This document shows, piece after piece, positions 58,520 to 64,000 of a stretch of 64,000 bases of DNA. Source of the stretch: a bacterium (lineage in GTDB: Bacteria > Zhuqueibacterota > Zhuqueibacteria > Zhuqueibacterales > Zhuqueibacteraceae); NCBI GenBank assembly GCA_044869275.1, contig JBIOXB010000036.1, positions 25,621-89,620 of the forward strand, in the 5' to 3' direction. Under the pieces are notes generated by a model. The model was not told the DNA's origin and ran no database searches. It saw only the letters and a list, made by a program, of their open reading frames with translations. Positions within the stretch are counted from its first letter, which is position 1, and each line of letters starts with the position of its first letter. A program made the position numbers and the translations under genes.

Positions 58520-58708
58520 GTGTAAAAACGCCAAAGTGGTTGCGTGTGGCTAGTGAGAGGATTATTTTCGACCTCGTATTCCCGCAAGTGAAGCCTGTGC
58601 GGAAGCGACTAGGTTACGCCTCACGTTTTACGTCCTATGGGCCATGGCTTACGCCATTCGTGCAACATGGGCCTCGGCTGTTGCTTCTGTGCATTGCGCT
58701 TTTGGTCC

Positions 58709-59836
58709 TCATTGCAACGGCGTTTCCCGGCGAATTTTGTCGATCGCCTTTTGTGCCTCCAGGCGCACGGCTTCAACGGGGTCATCCATGGCGCGGTACA
58801 AGCTCGGCAGCCCGCGCATGTCGCCGAGGTTGCCCAGCGCTTCCGCCGCCTGCTGCCTTAGCCGGGGATTGTCATGATCGACCGCCGCGGCCACGAGATG
58901 GACGGTTTGTGGCGCGCCAATATAACCCAACGTGGTGATCGCCAAGCCGCGCAGGAAAACATCATTCGAGGAAACGTTTGCAAAGGCAGCACGATAACCG
59001 CTGTCATTGCCAAGTACAGCCAGAATCAATGCAGCCAGCAATTGAGTCGTGAAAGGCGCCGTGGGCCGGTTCAAGATCTGTTCCAGCTTGGGCAGCAATT
59101 CCCTGCGAAGATTTGCTTGCAGTCCTGCAATTTGCGCCAGCGAAAACCCGGCGCTCTCCCGCACTTCCGCCGCTTCGGTCGAGTCCACGACCAGATCGAA
59201 TAACGTGATCGTCACCGCAGGCTGCGGAAAAACAGACAGGGCACGGCAGGCTGATGCGCGTATTGTCGCCTCTCCTGCGCGGGCTTTGGCGAGAAGGGGT
59301 TTGACGGCGCGCTCATCCCGAAGCTTGGCCAGCACCTGGGCAACGGCCTGTTGCACGGCGGGATGGGGGTCCTCTTCAAGAATGTCGATGATCGGCCTTA
59401 CCTCTTCTGCCGTGGCGATTTCGCCGAGCAACTGCACCATGCGCTCGCGCATGTAAGGATCGCTGTCGTCTTGGATTTCGCCGGGCAGCACCGTACGCAT
59501 GGATGCCGCATTGCGCAGGATGCTTTCATGCATGGCTTGCGCGCGCGGATTGCCGGCGCGTAAATAACAGCGCCACAGCAGCAACGTGCCGTGCGGGTCG
59601 TCGTGATTGCGGGCTAAAAAATTTTCCAACAATTGGATCGCCTGGCTGATCGGCTCGGAATACCCCTGCTGCGCCGCTTGGCCGTTGCGGGACTGATCGT
59701 ACAAAACTGCAGCCCGGTCATAGTCAGTATCACCGCACGCGGCTGCGAGCAGTGCCAGCCCGCACCACAGCCCCCGCAGCCCCGCGCGGAAAGGGTGATT
59801 GCTTTTTTCAAAAAGCTTATGTATGATAAAGTGCAT
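58709..59836 (-). CDS. HEAT-repeat lipoprotein
   Basis: Lipobox LAAA-C. Repeated D-x-VR-x-AA-x-ALG helical units. Confidence 0.85.
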   Translation of the reverse strand: MHFIIHKLFEKSNHPFRAGLRGLWCGLALLAAACGDTDYDRAAVLYDQSRNGQAAQQGYSEPISQAIQLLENFLARNHDDPHGTLLLWRCYLRAGNPRAQAMHESILRNAASMRTVLPGEIQDDSDPYMRERMVQLLGEIATAEEVRPIIDILEEDPHPAVQQAVAQVLAKLRDERAVKPLLAKARAGEATIRASACRALSVFPQPAVTITLFDLVVDSTEAAEVRESAGFSLAQIAGLQANLRRELLPKLEQILNRPTAPFTTQLLAALILAVLGNDSGYRAAFANVSSNDVFLRGLAITTLGYIGAPQTVHLVAAAVDHDNPRLRQQAAEALGNLGDMRGLPSLYRAMDDPVEAVRLEAQKAIDKIRRETPLQ

Positions 59837-60004
59837 GAGTGGATTTTTGGGAGCTCGATTCGCCAGTGGCTTACGAAGGCGATGCTGGGTGTTTAAAAAC
59901 GTTAATATAGAGCAGCCGCCCTAGAGAAGCAAGCGAAAATCCCTGCATAATCAACCGCCGCGCGGTTTCGCGCGTCTGATTCTTCATCATGTTATGCGAG
60001 GTGT

Positions 60005-61321
60005 ATGATGCACAAACACCGGCTGGCCCGGGCATGGCTCGGCGTCGTGCTTGCCAGTCTCTGCGGGCAGGCAGAAGTCCCGCTGCACGCGAACGATAAG
60101 ATGACCTTGCACTTGGTTTACACCAGCGACACGATCGGCTACGTCGACCCCTGTGGCTGAAGCGGCAGCAGGCGTGGCGGACTGGCCAAGCGCGCAACCA
60201 TGATTGACAGTTTGCGGGCGAAACATCCCGATCTCGTTCTCATCGACGGCGGTAATTTCGGCGAAACACCGGCCGGGCCGTCGACGTGGAAAACCTACGA
60301 GCAGCTCAAGCTGCTGCATAAAATGGGCTACGATGCCGTAGCGCTCGGACAAAATGATCTCTGTCCGGCCCTGGCGGACTCCGCGGCGAAGTGGCACTGC
60401 CGCGATTTCTTGTTCAGCGGCTTGCATGCCACCAAAGCGAAGGCGGATTATCCGGCCGCCAAAATCATTACGAAATCCAATTATAAGCTCGGCGTCGTGA
60501 ATGTGGCCTCGGCGCAATTCAATCGTTTGGAAGATAACACCTCGACTTACGACGCTGAAAAATTTCTGCGGGAGCAATTGAGCAGCCTCCAAAACCAGGC
60601 GGATTTTTGGGCGGTGGTGTATCTCGGGCCGCCGCACGAGCTCGTGGCGTTGAGCAAGAAATTCCCTGAAGTGGATTTGTGGCTGCAGGCGAGCGGCAAT
60701 CATCGACCGCTCAATTTGATTGAATCCTCGAATAATACTTTGATCGTCAGCGCCGGCGACCGAGGCCGCGAAATTGCGTTCATTACCATCGAGAAGGAGA
60801 AAGGCGGCAGCCGCGTCGCGGCGAGTTTTAATCAAATCATTTTGACCGATCGCATTGTCGATTCGCCCCAAGCCAAGCCCTGGATTGAGAGCTATCGCAA
60901 TGCCGGTCAGCGCGGGGTCGCACCTCCGCAAAAAGTCGGTGAAGTGAAAGGGTTGAATCCTTATCTCGGCAGCGCCGCGTGCCAATCGTGCCACCAGGAG
61001 ATTTTTCAGCGCTGGGAAAAAACGGCGCACGGGCATGCTTTTGCCACGCTCGCCGCAAAACGCGAAGACCGGAATACGGCTTGTCTGGAATGCCATACCA
61101 CTGGTTATCGCGAAGAGACCGGATATGCCGCCACCACGGCCACAGCCCACCTCGTACAGGTGGGCTGTGAATCCTGCCACGGTCGCGGCGGCTTTCACGT
61201 GCGCATGAACGGACGCATTGCCAATTTCATGGAGATTTCCGAAGCCGCTTGCCTACGCTGCCACGACGCGAAGAATTCTCCCAGTTTTGCCTTCGCGGCA
61301 GCGGTCAAAATCGTTCATTGA
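60005..61321 (+). CDS. probable selenoprotein: exported UshA-like (metallophosphoesterase-fold) domain with Cys-Gly-Sec, fused to a tetraheme cytochrome c
   Basis: GAGGTG RBS, ATG 60005, signal peptide, LHLVYTSDTIGYVDPCG-TGA(60158-60160)-SGSRRGGLAKRATMID, in frame with the 60200 ORF. Four CxxCH: CQSCH, CLECH, CESCH, CLRCH. Confidence 0.85.
60161..60195 (+). promoter_or_regulatory. candidate bacterial SECIS element
   Basis: Hairpin GCG-TGGC / loop GGACTG / GCCA-AG-CGC. The loop starts with G at 60179, 18 nt after the UGA. Confidence 0.6.
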
Positions 61322-61544
61322 GTCACTTTCTCCCCGCCCGTTCTCACCCTTTCATGCATATTGCTTTCAGCGCCAAAGTCAATCGAATTTTTCATTGCCC
61401 TCCCCATTGTCGCAGGCCATGGTATTTTCCCTCTTGTATTTTTCACCGGCTCTGCTAAATTCCGCTTTCGCTTACGGAGTGGCGTGGGCGGAGGCGGTGG
61501 AGTGAATCATACCACAAAACATACAATACTTTCGAGGCTGAAAC

Positions 61545-63983
61545 GTGACGGAACAAGATTTCTTCAAACTGATCGCGGCGGAAGAAAAAATAGGAGTCGC
61601 GCAGGTGCAGGCCACGGCGGCGCTGCTCGACGAGGAGAACACGGTGCCGTTCATCGCGCGCTATCGCAAGGAAGTGACCGGCGGCTTGGACGAAACCAAA
61701 ATCATCGCGATTCAGGACCGCATGCGCTACCTGCGCATGCTGGAAGAGCGCAAGCAGACTGTGCTCAAATCCATTGAGGAACAGGGCAAGCTCACCGAGG
61801 AGCTGCGCGAGAAGATCCAAGCTGCACTGAAACTGCAGGAAGTCGAAGATTTGTACTTGCCTTATAAGCCCAAGAAGCGCACGCGCGCCACCATTGCCAA
61901 AGAAAAGGGCCTGGAGCCGTTGGCGCAGCGCATGTGGGAGCAGACTGATATCACGGGCAATATCGAAGAAATCGCCTCGGCCTTTGTGCAGGAGGAGAAG
62001 GGTGTGGCCACTGCCGCGGAAGCCCTGGCCGGCGCGTGCGACATCATCGCGGAATGGGTGAGCGACGAGGCCGAGGTGCGCAAACTCGTGCGCCTCGCCA
62101 CCTGGGAAAAAGGCAGCCTGCGCTCCGAAGCGAAAGATCCCCAGAACGTCGATGTGTATGAAATCTACAAAGACTATCGTGATGCGTTGAAAAAGGTCGT
62201 GCCGCACCGCACGCTCGCCATCAACCGCGGCGAGAAAGAAGGGTTTCTGAAGGTTTCCATCGAAGCACCGGTGGAAGAAATTTTATCCGTGTTGAACGCA
62301 AAATTCATCACAAATCCTGCCGCCCTCTTTCGCGAGCACGATCAAGCCGCCATCAAAGATGCCTATGAACGTTTGATTGCACCGGCGATCGAACGCGAAT
62401 TGCGCGGCCAGCTCACGGAGGGCGCAGATGCGCACGCCATCGAAATTTTCGCCGCCAACCTGCGCAATTTGTTGATGCAGCCGCCCACCAAGGGCCACAT
62501 CATCATGGGCATTGATCCCGGCTTTCGCACGGGCTGCAAAGTTGCCGTCATCGATGAGACCGGAAAATACCTCGAAGGCGAAACCATCTATCCGCACGAG
62601 CCCAAGAAGCGCTGGGATTATTCCAAAGAACAACTGCGCGCCCTGATCAGGAAGCATCGCGTCACGATCATTGCCATCGGCAATGGCACGGCCAGCCGTG
62701 AAACCGAACAATTGGCGGCGGAATTAATTCAAGAAGCCAAAAGCGCCAATGACCCTGACCTTCCGGAATTGTTGTGTTATGCGATTGTAAGCGAAGCCGG
62801 CGCTTCGGTGTATTCCGCCTCGGAGCTGGCACGCCAGGAATTTCCCGATCTCGAAGCGGCGCAGCGCGGCAACATTTCCATCGCACGGCGCCTGCTCGAC
62901 CCGCTCTCGGAGCTGGTCAAGATCGATCCCAAATCCATCGGCGTCGGCTTGTACCAGCATGACGTCAATCAAACGCAATTGGCGGAGTCATTGGATCGCG
63001 TGGTGCAGTTGTGCGTGAACAACGTCGGGGTCAACTTGAATACGGCCTCCGCGGCATTGTTGCGCTATGTGGCGGGCGTCACGCGCACAACGGCGGAAAA
63101 CATCGTTAAGTTTCGCGACGAAAATGGCGTGTTCGCTTCCCGCCGGCAATTGCTGGAAGTGAAAGGCGTGGGGCCGAAGGCGTTCACGCAAAGTGCCGGT
63201 TTTTTGCGCATTCCCAACGCCGGTACCTTTTTCGATTCCACCGCCGTGCATCCGGAGTCCTACGCCGCGGCGGAAAGATTTTTGACCATTTGCGAGATGA
63301 AGCCGGAAGCCGTGCGCAGCAACGGCAATGCACTGCGTGAAAAACTAAAAGCATTGAATAAATCACTGGCGCACGTCGCAGAAGAATGCGGGGTGGGCCT
63401 GCCGACTTTGGAAGACATCATTGCAGCCCTGGAAAAGCCCGAGCGCGATCCGCGCGACGAAGCGCCCAAGCCCATCTTTCGCCAGGATGTTTTGAAAATG
63501 GAGGATTTGAAAGAAGGCATGATTCTCAAAGGCACCGTGCGCAACGTCGTCGATTTTGGCGCTTTCGTCGATATCGGCGTAAAACAGGACGGTCTCGTGC
63601 ATCTCTCCGCGATGTCCCACAAATATATCAAAAGCCCACTGGAAGTGGTGGGTGTCGGCGATGTCATCGACGTGCGCGTGCTGCGCGTCGAACCCGAAAA
63701 GGGGCGCATTGCCTTGAGCATGCTCTTGGACGGTGAACGCCGGCCACCGGAAAAAACGCCGCGGACAGAAAAGCCCGCGACAAAAAATGAACACAAAAAC
63801 AAAAATGATCAAGGCAAGGCCGGCGAAGCGGCACGGCCCTCGCACCGCGCCCAATCTACGGGTGCTTCTCGCGCGCAGCGCGGTCAGAGAACCCGTCCCG
63901 ATAAAAAGGCTGCAGAATTTGAAACGAAAGACTTCAAAGACTCTTTGGAGAAGTTGAAGAAGAAGTATGGTGGCAAGACGTGA
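61545..63983 (+). CDS. tex: Tex-like transcription accessory RNA-binding protein
   Basis: TVPFIARYRKEVTG, EDLYLPYK, GIDPGFRTGCK, IGNGTASRET, EAGASVYSAS, IGVGLYQHD, C-terminal S1 domain. Confidence 0.96.
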   Translation: MTEQDFFKLIAAEEKIGVAQVQATAALLDEENTVPFIARYRKEVTGGLDETKIIAIQDRMRYLRMLEERKQTVLKSIEEQGKLTEELREKIQAALKLQEVEDLYLPYKPKKRTRATIAKEKGLEPLAQRMWEQTDITGNIEEIASAFVQEEKGVATAAEALAGACDIIAEWVSDEAEVRKLVRLATWEKGSLRSEAKDPQNVDVYEIYKDYRDALKKVVPHRTLAINRGEKEGFLKVSIEAPVEEILSVLNAKFITNPAALFREHDQAAIKDAYERLIAPAIERELRGQLTEGADAHAIEIFAANLRNLLMQPPTKGHIIMGIDPGFRTGCKVAVIDETGKYLEGETIYPHEPKKRWDYSKEQLRALIRKHRVTIIAIGNGTASRETEQLAAELIQEAKSANDPDLPELLCYAIVSEAGASVYSASELARQEFPDLEAAQRGNISIARRLLDPLSELVKIDPKSIGVGLYQHDVNQTQLAESLDRVVQLCVNNVGVNLNTASAALLRYVAGVTRTTAENIVKFRDENGVFASRRQLLEVKGVGPKAFTQSAGFLRIPNAGTFFDSTAVHPESYAAAERFLTICEMKPEAVRSNGNALREKLKALNKSLAHVAEECGVGLPTLEDIIAALEKPERDPRDEAPKPIFRQDVLKMEDLKEGMILKGTVRNVVDFGAFVDIGVKQDGLVHLSAMSHKYIKSPLEVVGVGDVIDVRVLRVEPEKGRIALSMLLDGERRPPEKTPRTEKPATKNEHKNKNDQGKAGEAARPSHRAQSTGASRAQRGQRTRPDKKAAEFETKDFKDSLEKLKKKYGGKT

Positions 63984-64000
63984 GGTGGGGGATGGGGAGA

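Noticed and set aside
60200..61321. ORF-track start at 60200, or a pseudogene call for the upstream piece
   Set aside because: The upstream in-frame segment supplies the RBS, signal peptide and first fold motif. A single TGA in a CG* motif is better explained as Sec.
1..64000. CRISPR arrays, tRNA/rRNA genes, transposases, prophage
   Set aside because: I saw no regularly spaced repeats with unique spacers, no cloverleaf or rRNA signatures, and no such proteins by eye. A covariance-model scan would be needed to exclude small RNAs.

Overview
GC-rich bacterial chromosome segment from a diderm organism. The gene repertoire (YPNPFNP-type C-terminal sorting domain, kmo/kynU, split CoxIII, DUF4159-MoxR cluster) suggests the FCB group, for example KSB1/Calditrichota-like; this is inference only. 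From left to right the window holds: a minus-strand housekeeping run (partial sensor kinase, suhB, GNAT, mutS2, cvpA, yqeY, rpsU, rsmE, two Omp85-family proteins, Tat-exported Mn-type SOD); a DUF4331 + TPR pair; a protease-less PDZ protein divergent from an ECF sigma/zf-HC2 anti-sigma pair; a ~16 kb TPR-metallopeptidase/2xDUF4159/MoxR/DUF58/BatA-vWA/DUF4175-like/vWA-GATase-like/caspase-fold cluster; a complete A1-type aa3 cytochrome c oxidase operon with assembly genes, bracketed by two paralogous amicyanin-loop cupredoxin-like proteins and an ABC-2 exporter; pdxB; an RRM protein; a thioredoxin-NHL protein; an SDR; an MNT-HEPN toxin-antitoxin pair; kmo-kynU-ACMSD; yjbQ; a HEAT lipoprotein; and tex. 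The ORF track misses the best hidden signal. The ORF at 60200 is the tail of a longer gene (60005-61321) with an in-frame TGA in a Cys-Gly-UGA motif followed by a SECIS-like hairpin, i.e. a probable exported UshA-like selenoprotein fused to a tetraheme cytochrome c. Intergenic gaps carry a MITE-like element and many palindromic 7-9-mer repeat arrays. No rRNA, tRNA or CRISPR array was seen. Family assignments are from motif recognition, not database searches.
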